From NCBI GenBank assembly GCA_037133055.1, contig JBAXOY010000068.1, positions 1 to 16,699 on the forward strand: DNA of 16,699 nt, read 5' to 3'. Every line of letters starts with the position of its first letter. The first letter of the stretch is position 1. The notes under the pieces were generated by a model, which was not told where the DNA came from, ran no database searches, and saw only the letters and a program-made list of their open reading frames with translations. This DNA comes from Chlamydiota bacterium. GTDB taxonomy: Bacteria; Auribacterota; Tritonobacteria; UBA1439. Both the position numbers and the translations under genes were made by a program. Of the stretch, positions 1 through 7,812 are shown piece after piece.

Positions 1-1369
1 GCGCGATGCACGCGGCGGCGAGCGCGGCGGCGGGCGCCGCCATCGACACCCCGACCTCGCGGACAGGGCCGCGCGCGAGGGCGCGCGGGGACGACGGACG
101 GGCAAGGAACACGGCGAGCATCAGCTTCACGAAGGAGGCGAGGGTCAGCACGCTCCCGAACATGGCCGCGAGGAGCCAGAGCACCCAGAGCTTCCCGCCC
201 CCCCGCCCCATTGACAGCAGCCCCTGGTAGACCATCCACTTCGAGGCGAAGCCGTTGAGCGGCGGGATGCCCGATATCGCGAGCGAGGCCACGAGACAGG
301 AGGCGAAGGTCATCGGCATCGCGCCGGAGAGGCCGCCGAGGTCGTCGAGCTCCGCGGTCCCGGTCCGCTTCTCCACCGCCCCCGCCCCGAGGAAGAGGCA
401 GGTCTTGTAGATGCAGTTGTTGACCATGTGGAAGAGACCGCCGGCGATGCCCACCGCGGTCCCCGTGCCGATCCCGAGCAGCATGTAGCCGACCTGCGAG
501 ACGGCGTGATAGCCGAGGAGGCGTTTCATGTCATGCTGGGCCATCGCCATCATCACCCCGCAGACGATCGTCACGGCGCCGGCCGCGAGCAGAAAGCGCT
601 GCATCCCCTCGTTCATGGCGAAGAGACACAAGCTCGCCCGCGCGACGAGGTAGATCCCGAGGAGCTTGTCGAGCGAGGCGGGGAGAAAGGCGGTGACGGG
701 GAGCGGCGCCCGCTCGGCGCAGTCGGGGACCCAGCTATGGAGAGGCACCGCGCCCGCCTTTGCGAACGCGGCCGCCGCGACGCAGAGGTAGGCGGCCCAC
801 GCCGCCCCTCCCGCGAGCGGGATCGGGGCGGACGGACGGACGCGCATTCCGGCGCGCGCGGCGATGATCGCGACGCCGAGCACCAAAAACGCGTCCGTCC
901 CCCCCACCATGATCATCGCCTTTTTCGCCGCCCCGGCGGCGTCCGGCCCGCCCATGCTGATGAGGAGGAAGAGCGTGGCGCCGAGGAACCCCCATGCCGA
1001 GAGGAGGAGCACGAGATGATCGGAGAGCCCGGCCGCCATGGCGGCGCCCTCCGTGAAGAGGAGCAGGCCCCAGTATGCGCCGACCCTCTCCCGGGGGCCG
1101 AACCAGCCGAGCGAATAGATCCCGGTCACCAGGCTGAAGGCCGCGACCCCGAGACAGACGAGGCGGGAGAGCCCGTCCGCGGAGAGGAGGGGGATGCCGT
1201 CCCATGACCAGGGCGCCGCCCCGCGCGCGAAAAGCGTTGCCGCGAGCGCCGCCTCCGCGGCGAACGCGGCGACGGAGAGGACGCGGCAGGGAATGGGGAG
1301 ACGCCTGAGCGCGAGGCACATGAGCCCGGCGATGCACGGCAGGAGCACCACGGCCAAGGCAAGGTTCAT
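1..1369 (-). CDS. Proton-conducting antiporter-like membrane subunit (NuoL/HyfB/MrpA-D family) of the membrane-bound hydrogenase; 3' end lies beyond the window
   Basis: Not in the ORF track because it has no stop within the window. Manual translation from ATG at 1369 (ATGA overlap with the large-subunit stop) gives MNLALAVVLLPCIAG... It is highly hydrophobic, with family motifs KAGAVPLHSWVPD, QHDMKRLLGYHAVSQVGY, FHMVNNCIYKTCLFL, LDDLGGL and SGIPPLNGFASKW. Confidence 0.92.
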   Translation of the reverse strand, partial: MNLALAVVLLPCIAGLMCLALRRLPIPCRVLSVAAFAAEAALAATLFARGAAPWSWDGIPLLSADGLSRLVCLGVAAFSLVTGIYSLGWFGPRERVGAYWGLLLFTEGAAMAAGLSDHLVLLLSAWGFLGATLFLLISMGGPDAAGAAKKAMIMVGGTDAFLVLGVAIIAARAGMRVRPSAPIPLAGGAAWAAYLCVAAAAFAKAGAVPLHSWVPDCAERAPLPVTAFLPASLDKLLGIYLVARASLCLFAMNEGMQRFLLAAGAVTIVCGVMMAMAQHDMKRLLGYHAVSQVGYMLLGIGTGTAVGIAGGLFHMVNNCIYKTCLFLGAGAVEKRTGTAELDDLGGLSGAMPMTFASCLVASLAISGIPPLNGFASKWMVYQGLLSMGRGGGKLWVLWLLAAMFGSVLTLASFVKLMLAVFLARPSSPRALARGPVREVGVSMAAPAAALAAACIA

Positions 1370-2553
1370 CGGATTCCCATCTCCATCCTGATCCGCGCGG
1401 TTTTCTCCTGCGAGAGGCGGATCAGGGCATCGCCGTCCCAGATCGTCTTCCCCGTCGACGAGTCGACCGCCGCCATCCGCTCGCTGCAGCAGTAGCACGG
1501 GTCCACCGCGGCCAGGATGATCGTCGCGTCGGAGATCGTCTGCCCGACGACGGCCTTCGCGTTCGTGGCCACGTTCATGAAGCTCGGCGCGCGCACCTTG
1601 TACCGCGCCGGGCGGTTCGTCCCGTCGCTCCGCACGTAGTGCATCACCTCTCCCCGCGGGGCCTCGTGGCGCCCGATCCCCTCGCCGGCCGGGACCTCCT
1701 TCACCCGCGCGTCGATCTCGCCGGGGGGGAGCTTCTTAAGGCATTGGGAAATCATCGCGTGGGACTCGTACATCTCGAGGATCCGCACCATGACCTTGTC
1801 GTAGACGTCCCCGCGTGTCCCGGTAACAACCTTCCAGTCGACCATGCCGTAGGCGGCGTACGGGTCGTCGCGGCGGATGTCGATGTCGACCCCGGACGCC
1901 CTCGCCGTGGGCCCCACCGCGCCGTACTGCCGTATATCCGCGGGCGTGAGGACGCCGACCCCCTTCGTCCGCGCGTGAATCACCGGGTCGTCCGCGACCG
2001 CCCCGCGGAACAGGTCGAGGGCGGGGAGCAGGGTGTCAAGCGCCTGGAGGTAGGAGGGTATCTCCCCGTCGAGTATGTCGCGCCGCACGCCCCCTATTTT
2101 GAACATCGTGTAGTTCTGGCGGTTCCCGCTGATGCGCTCGAGGAGATCAAGCACGATCTCGCGCGTCTTCCATGCCCACATGAACACGGTATTGTAGCCG
2201 ATGAAGTGGCCCGCGAGGCCGAGCCAGAGAAGGTGCGAGTGGATCCGTTCAAGCTCGCCGACGATGCTCCGGATGAAGAGCGCCCGCGGCGGTATCTCGC
2301 ACCCGATCAGGTTCTCGACCGCGTTCACGCTCGCGAACGGGTGGCTGGTCGAGCAGATGCCGCAGATCCGCTCCACGAGGAAGAGGATCTGGTCGTACGA
2401 CTTCGCCTCCGCAAGCTGCTCGATCCCGCGGTGGTTGTAGCCGATCTGCACGTCGAGCTTCACCACGCGCTCCCCCTCGACGTGGAGCTTGAAGAACTCC
2501 GGCTCCTCCTGGAGCGGGTGGTACGGCCCGATGGGGATGATCCGCTCGCTCAT
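1366..2553 (-). CDS. Group 4 [NiFe]-hydrogenase large subunit (HycE/EchE/MbhL-like), 395 aa
   Basis: Real start is ATG 2553 (MSERIIPIGPYHPLQEEP), with an ATGA overlap to the upstream stop. It carries GYNHRGIE, the L1 motif ERICGIC, ELERIHSHL, EAPRGE and the L2 motif DPCYCCSER. All four Ni-binding cysteines are present, so it is not NuoD. Confidence 0.95.
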   Translation of the reverse strand: MSERIIPIGPYHPLQEEPEFFKLHVEGERVVKLDVQIGYNHRGIEQLAEAKSYDQILFLVERICGICSTSHPFASVNAVENLIGCEIPPRALFIRSIVGELERIHSHLLWLGLAGHFIGYNTVFMWAWKTREIVLDLLERISGNRQNYTMFKIGGVRRDILDGEIPSYLQALDTLLPALDLFRGAVADDPVIHARTKGVGVLTPADIRQYGAVGPTARASGVDIDIRRDDPYAAYGMVDWKVVTGTRGDVYDKVMVRILEMYESHAMISQCLKKLPPGEIDARVKEVPAGEGIGRHEAPRGEVMHYVRSDGTNRPARYKVRAPSFMNVATNAKAVVGQTISDATIILAAVDPCYCCSERMAAVDSSTGKTIWDGDALIRLSQEKTARIRMEMGIR

Positions 2554-2993
2554 GCCTTCGCCCCCCCGGAGTCGTGGCGCAGCGGATAGACGCCCTCCGG
2601 CCAGTCGTCGGCGAGGAGGAGGCGCCGGGGATCCGGGTGCCCCCTGAACTCCACGCCGAGCATCTCGCGGAGCTCCCGCTCGACCCATTCGGCGGCCTTC
2701 AGGTGCGGGGCAAGCGAGTCGATCTCCGGCTTCTCCTTCGGCAGCGTGACGCGCAGGGAAAGGACCGCACCCTCCGCGTCCTCGGAAAAATGATAGAGCA
2801 GCTCGATCGCCGCCCGCGTGTCGGTTCCGGAGATCGTGATGAAGCGCAGGCGCCAGGTCTCGAAAATGGCGCGGACCAACGCGACAAGGCGGTCGGCGGC
2901 GACATCGGCGTAGAAGCGCCTCCCGTGCCGCTCCTCCCATCGGGAGAGGCGGTCCGGGAACGCGTCGCGGATCCCTTCGATCACCGTGCTCAT
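2550..2993 (-). CDS. NuoC-like (30 kDa-type) hydrogenase subunit, 147 aa
   Basis: Start ATG 2993 (MSTVIEGIRD) overlaps the upstream stop as ATGA. Motifs ELLYHF and AEWVERELREMLGVEFRGHPDPRRLLLADDWPEGVYPLR are typical of NuoC/EchD/MbhK. Confidence 0.92.
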   Translation of the reverse strand: MSTVIEGIRDAFPDRLSRWEERHGRRFYADVAADRLVALVRAIFETWRLRFITISGTDTRAAIELLYHFSEDAEGAVLSLRVTLPKEKPEIDSLAPHLKAAEWVERELREMLGVEFRGHPDPRRLLLADDWPEGVYPLRHDSGGAKA

Positions 2994-3403
2994 AGGGTAC
3001 CGATCGCCTTCACGATCCCGCTGATCAGCGCCTCGGGCTTCGGGGGACACCCGGGGATGTAGACGCTCACCGGCACGTGCGCGTCGAGCGGGTCCATGGT
3101 GTGGTAGCTCTCCTTGAACATGTGCTGGCCGCACGCGCAGGTGCCGCACGCCACCACGAGGCACGGCTTCGCCGCGCTCTCGTAGAGCTCCCTGATCCTG
3201 GGCGCCACCCGCCGGTTGATCGAGCCGGTGACGAGCAGGATGTCGGCGTGCCGGATGCTGCCGACGAGGAGGATGCCGAAGCGCTCCACGTCGTAGCGGG
3301 GCGTCAGGCAGTCGATGATCTCGATGTCGCAGTTGTTGCACGACCCCGTCGAGAGGTGGAAGACCCACGGGGACTTGCCGAGCGCCCACCGTTTCCAGTC
3401 CAT
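2990..3403 (-). CDS. Hydrogenase small subunit, NuoB-like (HycG/EchC/MbhJ type) [4Fe-4S] protein
   Basis: Motifs GSCNNCDIE, RHADILLVTG, CGTCAC and YIPGCPPKPE. A GGAGG RBS lies upstream on the minus strand. Confidence 0.95.
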   Translation of the reverse strand: MDWKRWALGKSPWVFHLSTGSCNNCDIEIIDCLTPRYDVERFGILLVGSIRHADILLVTGSINRRVAPRIRELYESAAKPCLVVACGTCACGQHMFKESYHTMDPLDAHVPVSVYIPGCPPKPEALISGIVKAIGTL

Positions 3404-3419
3404 GTCGCCTCCGGCCCGA

Positions 3420-4346
3420 TCAGCGCCCCGCGAGCGCCAGCAGCACCGCCGCGGCCGCCACCGCCGTCACCGGCCCCCAGAAGAATCTGAGCGCCTGGTC
3501 GATGCGGACGCGCGGGTTCGTGTTCTTGATCAGAGTGATGAGAAGGAGCACCGCCCCATATTCTACCGGGGAAACCAGGATTCCCCAACCACGAAACCGC
3601 ATCCCACCGGCGAAGAGGGTGAGCAGAAATGCGGGCAGCACGACGAGCAGCATCATCCTCGAGAGCCGGAACGCCGCGAGGAGGCTTCCCGAATACTCGA
3701 TGAGCGGGCCGGAGTTCACCTCCGTCTCGGCCTCGGCTATGTCGAACGGCGCGAACCCGAGCTTCGCCTGCACGCAGAGGAGCGCCGCCGCAAAGGCGAG
3801 GGCGCCGGAGAGGCTCGCGATGAAGGGCCCGTGCAGGCGCTGGAAGGCGACGATCTCCCCGGTGTGTATCGTGACCCCGGACTTGATGACGGCGACGACG
3901 AGCGCGAGGATCATGGGGACCTCGTAGGCGATCATGAGCTTCATCTCCCGGCTCACCCCGACCGAGGCGAGCGTGTTGCGGGACGCCGCCCCGCCCGCGA
4001 TGAGGGCGATCGACGGGAGCATCAGCAGGTAGACCAGGACGATCAGGTCGCCGACAAAGCCCCGCTCCGGATTGGATCCCACCGCGCCGAGCATGCTCGC
4101 GACGAGCGCGACGGCCGCAAGCCCCACGAACGGGGCGACAACGAAGACGCCGCGAGGGCAGCCGCGGGGGATCACCGTTTCCTTCGAGAGCAGCTTCAGG
4201 ATGTCGGCGAACGACTGGTACCAGGGCGGCCCGACGCGCCACTGGATGCGCGCGGTCAGCTTCCGCTCGATCCAGCCCGCCAGCATCCCGGCGAGCGCCG
4301 TGAAGGCGAAGCCGGGGAACACCAGGTAGATGAAGAGGGTCCTCAT
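3420..4346 (-). CDS. NuoH-like membrane subunit (HycD/EchB/MbhM type)
   Basis: Motifs ERKLTARIQWRVGPP, QSFADILKLLSKE, PFDIAEAETEV and GPLIEYSG, with multiple hydrophobic segments. Confidence 0.95.
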   Translation of the reverse strand: MRTLFIYLVFPGFAFTALAGMLAGWIERKLTARIQWRVGPPWYQSFADILKLLSKETVIPRGCPRGVFVVAPFVGLAAVALVASMLGAVGSNPERGFVGDLIVLVYLLMLPSIALIAGGAASRNTLASVGVSREMKLMIAYEVPMILALVVAVIKSGVTIHTGEIVAFQRLHGPFIASLSGALAFAAALLCVQAKLGFAPFDIAEAETEVNSGPLIEYSGSLLAAFRLSRMMLLVVLPAFLLTLFAGGMRFRGWGILVSPVEYGAVLLLITLIKNTNPRVRIDQALRFFWGPVTAVAAAAVLLALAGR

Positions 4347-4386
4347 CGTATCCCTGCCCGTCTTTTGCTTTTCACTGTGAGCCTTT

Positions 4387-4585
4387 GTAACTACTCAGGA
4401 GCCAGAATTCAGGAGCCAGAATTCAGAATAGATCGCGAATAAGCTTCCCGCAGCGTGCTGACCTCTTCGAGTAACTGCGTCAACTCGGAGATATCGCCGT
4501 ATCCCAGGTCCTCAAATGTCGCTGCGGGCGTCCTCATTCCGACTCCTGACTCCTGAATTCTGAATTCTTACTCCTGAGCAGTCAC
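4387..4585. mobile_element. MITE-like hairpin element, copy 1: imperfect ~42-bp terminal inverted repeats built of heptamers (CAGGAGT/CAGGAGC/CAGAATT) enclosing a four-helix-bundle gene remnant
   Basis: Left arm GTAACTACTCAGGAGCCAGAATTCAGGAGCCAGAATTCAGAA versus reverse complement of right arm GTGACTGCTCAGGAGTAAGAATTCAGAATTCAGGAGTCAGGA. A homologous second copy lies at 9023-9167. It is more AT-rich than the flanking genes. Mobility is inferred. Confidence 0.7.
4409..4537 (-). pseudogene. Internally deleted four-helix-bundle protein (23S rRNA IVS-like, TIGR02436-type) mini-ORF, 42 aa
   Basis: Translates as MRTPAATFEDLGYGDISELTQLLEEVSTLREAYSRSILNSGS*. The N-terminal ...F-E-D-L and C-terminal DLGYG...LEEVS..L.AY...IL resemble the two ends of four-helix-bundle proteins, fused at the shared DL. 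Confidence 0.7.
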
Positions 4586-5076
4586 AAGCTTTCTGCCGTT
4601 TTCCCGCCCCTCGCCCACTGGTGGGAGATCACCGCGATGCGGCCGTCCAGCAGGGGGACCGCCTCCCCGGGGATCCCGTCGGCCTCGCGCCAGTCGAGCG
4701 CCCCGTACGGGCAGCTCCGGACGCAGATGGGCGGCTCGCTCACCGCCCGGTCGAAGCAGAGGTCGCAGCCCGAGAGCTGGTACGGCAGGAGCTCCGCGTA
4801 GATCGTCCCGAACGGGCAGGCGTGCGCGCACGAGCGGCAGCCGACGCAGCGCATCGGGTGCCGCTCGAGGCCCCCCCGGGCATCCCGCTCCAACGCCTCC
4901 ACGGGGCAGGCCTGGACGCAGGTCCCGTACTCGCAGCGGCGGCAGACGAGCGCATAAGCGGCAAGCTCGCGCAGGCGGTCGATCCCGCGATTCGAGGGGT
5001 GATAGTAGTAGCTGCACCCCACCACGCACTGCGGGCACGCGCTGCAGATGTCGAGATTCAGCACAAGCTTTTTCAT
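4582..5076 (-). CDS. Multi-[4Fe-4S] ferredoxin-like protein (HycB/CooF/DmsB-type four-cluster fold)
   Basis: Cys motifs CSACPQCVVGC, CRRCEYGTCVQACP, CVGCRSCAHACP and CDLC...PICVRSCP. Confidence 0.88.
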   Translation of the reverse strand: MKKLVLNLDICSACPQCVVGCSYYYHPSNRGIDRLRELAAYALVCRRCEYGTCVQACPVEALERDARGGLERHPMRCVGCRSCAHACPFGTIYAELLPYQLSGCDLCFDRAVSEPPICVRSCPYGALDWREADGIPGEAVPLLDGRIAVISHQWARGGKTAESL

Positions 5077-5080
5077 TATT

Positions 5081-5108
5081 GGGATTTTGGATTTGGGATT
5101 TTTGATTT
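5081..5108. repeat. Tandem heptamer array 4 x NNGATTT
   Basis: GGGATTT TGGATTT GGGATTT TTGATTT fills nearly the whole spacer between the TPR gene stop and the ferredoxin ATG. Confidence 0.85.
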
Positions 5109-5863
5109 CAGAAGAACCTCCCGCGCAGGTCCTTGAGCGTCCTCAGGTTCCTCGCCGATTGCTCGTCGAGCGGGTCGAGCGACAGGGCCTTCTCGAAATG
5201 CGCCATCGCCTTGTCGAGGTCCCCCTTGTAGTAGTAGGCGCACCCGATATGGTAGTGGGCGGCGGCCATCTTCGGGTCCATCGCGAGCACGATCTTGAAC
5301 TGCTCGATCGTCTCCTTGAGCAGCCCCCTGCGCGCGTAGGCGATCGCGAGGTGGTAGTGGATGAACTTGAAGTTCGGGTTGTGCTCGAGCGCCCGCGTGT
5401 ACATCTCGATCGCCTTGTCCAGTCGGCCGCGGTAGTAGTAGATGACCCCGAGCCGGAAGTTCGCGAGGTAGAGCGAGGGGCTCGCGCGGAGCGCCGCCTC
5501 GTAGGCGGCGATCGCCTCGTCGAACCTCCCCAGTCGGTAGCAGGCGGTGCCGAGCTCGTAGTGGGCGATGCCGAAGTCGGGGTCGAGCTCCACCGCCTTC
5601 TTGTTCTCCTCGAGCGCCTCCGGGAGCATGTCGCGGTGGTAGTAGATCGCCGCGAGCTCGCGGTGCGCCCGGGAATTCGAGGGGTCGAGCCTGATCGCCT
5701 CCCGGTACTCCTTTATCGCCTCGTCCGCCTCGCCGCGGCGGATCGCGAGGTAGCCGCGGTCCATGTGCACCGCCGCGCCGGTCTCGCGCAGGCTCATCCC
5801 GCACTCGCCGCAGAATTTGTTTTTCGGCTGATTTGCCGCATCGCACCGCGGGCACTTCGTCAT
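5108..5863 (-). CDS. Zinc-ribbon + tetratricopeptide repeat protein
   Basis: N-terminal CPRC-x10-CGEC zinc ribbon followed by about six 34-aa TPR units (A..HY.LG..Y...G..DEAI..Y..AL..DP). A GGAGG RBS lies upstream. Confidence 0.9.
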   Translation of the reverse strand: MTKCPRCDAANQPKNKFCGECGMSLRETGAAVHMDRGYLAIRRGEADEAIKEYREAIRLDPSNSRAHRELAAIYYHRDMLPEALEENKKAVELDPDFGIAHYELGTACYRLGRFDEAIAAYEAALRASPSLYLANFRLGVIYYYRGRLDKAIEMYTRALEHNPNFKFIHYHLAIAYARRGLLKETIEQFKIVLAMDPKMAAAHYHIGCAYYYKGDLDKAMAHFEKALSLDPLDEQSARNLRTLKDLRGRFF

Positions 5864-5895
5864 GACGCCTCCTCCCCTCGCACCGCTACATGGTC

Positions 5896-5924
5896 GCTTT
5901 CAACGTCAACTTTTCGACTTTCAA
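5896..5924. repeat. Degenerate short tandem repeat (TTGAAAG-like units on the minus strand)
   Basis: The minus strand reads TTGAAAG TCGAAAAG TTGACG TTGAAAG C, an AT-rich patch in the spacer between the gamma-subunit stop and the TPR start. Confidence 0.45.
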
Positions 5925-5936
5925 GCGTGGCAATGG

Positions 5937-6758
5937 TCAGTCCCAGATTTCGCGGAAATCCTTGATCTGCTCGTACGTGAACACCGGCCCGTCCTTGCAC
6001 GCGTAGTAGGTCCCCAGCCGGCAGTGGCCGCACTTTCCGAAACCGCAGCTCATGTTCTTCTCCATGGAGAGGTAGATGTTCCGCGGAGAGAACCCGACGT
6101 CGAGCAGCTTGAAGGTGGTGAACTTCATCATGATCGGGGGCCCGCAGACGACGGCCGCCGCCCGGCCGGGATCCACCCCCGGTTCGTCGAGGAGCGTCGT
6201 GACGAGCCCCACGTGCCCGTCCCAGGAGGCCTCGCCGCGGTCCACGGTGAGCTTCACGTCGATCTTTCCGTCCCTGCGCCAGCGCTCGACCTCCGCCCGG
6301 TAGATGATGTCGGCGGGGGTGCGGGCGCCGTAGCGGAGGAGCACCCGCGCGTACCGGTCGATGTCGTGGCGCAGGGTGAGGAGGAGCGAGCGGAGCGGAG
6401 CGAGCCCGACCCCGCCGCCGCAGATGACCACCCCCCTCCCCTCGAACTCCTCGAGGGGATAGCCGCGTCCGTACGGCCCGCGCACGCCCACGCGCTCGCC
6501 CGGCTCCATCCCGTGGAGCCGGGTGGTGACCGCCCCGACGCGCATGACGGTGAGCTCGAGACGATCCCGCTCGTAGTGGGAACTGGAGGGGGTGAACGGG
6601 GCCTCCCCGACGCCGGGCACGGTGAGCTCGACAAACTGCCCGGTGCGGAAGGAGAGCGGCTCGTCGGGCGCGAGCGTGAAGCTCTTGATCGTCGCGCTCT
6701 CGACGGTGACCTTCTCGATCGTCGCCCCGACGGGGAGATAGGGATTCTTCATGGTCAT
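5937..6758 (-). CDS. FAD/NAD(P)-binding [2Fe-2S] oxidoreductase, sulfhydrogenase gamma (HydG)/AsrB/PyrK family
   Basis: Motifs GQFVELTVPGVGEAPFT, RGPYGRGYP, GGGVGLAPLRS, YGARTP, CGPPIMM and SMEKNMSCGFGKCGHC...CKDGPVF. Confidence 0.93.
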   Translation of the reverse strand: MTMKNPYLPVGATIEKVTVESATIKSFTLAPDEPLSFRTGQFVELTVPGVGEAPFTPSSSHYERDRLELTVMRVGAVTTRLHGMEPGERVGVRGPYGRGYPLEEFEGRGVVICGGGVGLAPLRSLLLTLRHDIDRYARVLLRYGARTPADIIYRAEVERWRRDGKIDVKLTVDRGEASWDGHVGLVTTLLDEPGVDPGRAAAVVCGPPIMMKFTTFKLLDVGFSPRNIYLSMEKNMSCGFGKCGHCRLGTYYACKDGPVFTYEQIKDFREIWD

Positions 6759-6759
6759 T

Positions 6760-7812
6760 TCATTTGCAGCCGCTCAGCTTCTTCAGCACCTCGCGCATGT
6801 CGATCTTCCCGATGCACGCCTCGACGCACCTCCCGCAGCCGGTGCAGCCGCAGACCCCGATCACGACCGGGCAGAAATGAAACTTCTTCTCGTACCGGTT
6901 GCGGAGCCGCTGGTAGAGCTCCGGCCGCGGATTGGACCCCCCCCCGACCCGCGCGAAGCCCTTGTACTGGCACGCGTCCCAGTTCCTCATGCGCCTGAAC
7001 TCCTCGCGCCCGTGGTCGGAAAGCAGGAAGCAGTGGCAGGTCGGGCAGACGAAGTTGCACGCCCCGCACTCGACGCAGCGCCCGGCCTCCTCCTCCCAAA
7101 CGCCGGACTCGTACACCCGCTCCATCAGCCCCTTCGTCGTGCCGCCCCACAGGTAGCCGCACGCCCGCTGGCGCTCCTCGATCAGCGCCGTCACGCGCGC
7201 CCTGGCCGCCGACGCCTCTTCGCGCTGCGCGGGGGCCGGATCCACGAACAGCCCCGCGGCGCCTTCCACGAGCGCGCGGCCGCGGGGGCTCCCGACATGG
7301 ACCAGATACCCCCCGTCCACGGGGGAGAGATTGAGGTCGTACCCCCCCTCCGGGTGCGGACTCCCCCCCACCAGGGTGCAGAAGCAGACCTCCTTGAACG
7401 CGGTGCAGTCGGATGAGATGACGAGGGTCCGCTCCCGGTTGAGGGCGTAAAACGGGTCGGCGACGTCCCCCGTGAACACGAAGTCGAGGACCGCGAGAGC
7501 CCGCAGGTCGCATCCCTTGACGCCGATCACCGCCTGCGGTCCGTCCGGCGCGTCCGGGCGAATGCCCGGACGCGCCGGGCTCTCTTCCCCGCCGAGGTAT
7601 CCGCCCACGTCGAGGCGCGCATCGAAGAGGAGCGGCTTCATGGACTGCACCGCGCGGTAGCGGCTCGCCGCGACCGGCGGGCATTCCCCCGGCCCCGCGG
7701 AGGCGAGGTGATAGTCGTCGCCGTGCGCCGCGGGATAGAAGACGCGCATCTTCCGCGCGATCGACCGGACGAACTGGAGCCAGTCCTGCGCCGAGATGAA
7801 GAGGGTGTCCAT
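6760..7812 (-). CDS. [4Fe-4S] protein, sulfhydrogenase beta (HydB)/AsrA family (alternative GTG start at 7836)
   Basis: Motifs GVKGCDLRAL..LD, DC......CFC, CVECGACNFVCPTCHCF, RNWDAC and GCTGCGRCVEAC. It is adjacent to the cognate gamma-type gene. Confidence 0.92.
   Translation of the reverse strand: MDTLFISAQDWLQFVRSIARKMRVFYPAAHGDDYHLASAGPGECPPVAASRYRAVQSMKPLLFDARLDVGGYLGGEESPARPGIRPDAPDGPQAVIGVKGCDLRALAVLDFVFTGDVADPFYALNRERTLVISSDCTAFKEVCFCTLVGGSPHPEGGYDLNLSPVDGGYLVHVGSPRGRALVEGAAGLFVDPAPAQREEASAARARVTALIEERQRACGYLWGGTTKGLMERVYESGVWEEEAGRCVECGACNFVCPTCHCFLLSDHGREEFRRMRNWDACQYKGFARVGGGSNPRPELYQRLRNRYEKKFHFCPVVIGVCGCTGCGRCVEACIGKIDMREVLKKLSGCK

Noticed and set aside
1477..1503. Selenocysteine-containing [NiFeSe] large subunit
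   Set aside because: The L2 motif codons are TGC (Cys), with no in-frame TGA.
1..4346. Respiratory complex I (nuo) operon
   Set aside because: The NuoD-like subunit retains both Ni-binding CxxC motifs, and NuoA/J/K/E/F/G are not present in the window. It is a group 4 hydrogenase.
5076..5855. Alternative-frame ORF ending KSKIPNPKSQ
   Set aside because: It overlaps the TPR gene out of frame, and the tail is just the translated heptamer array.
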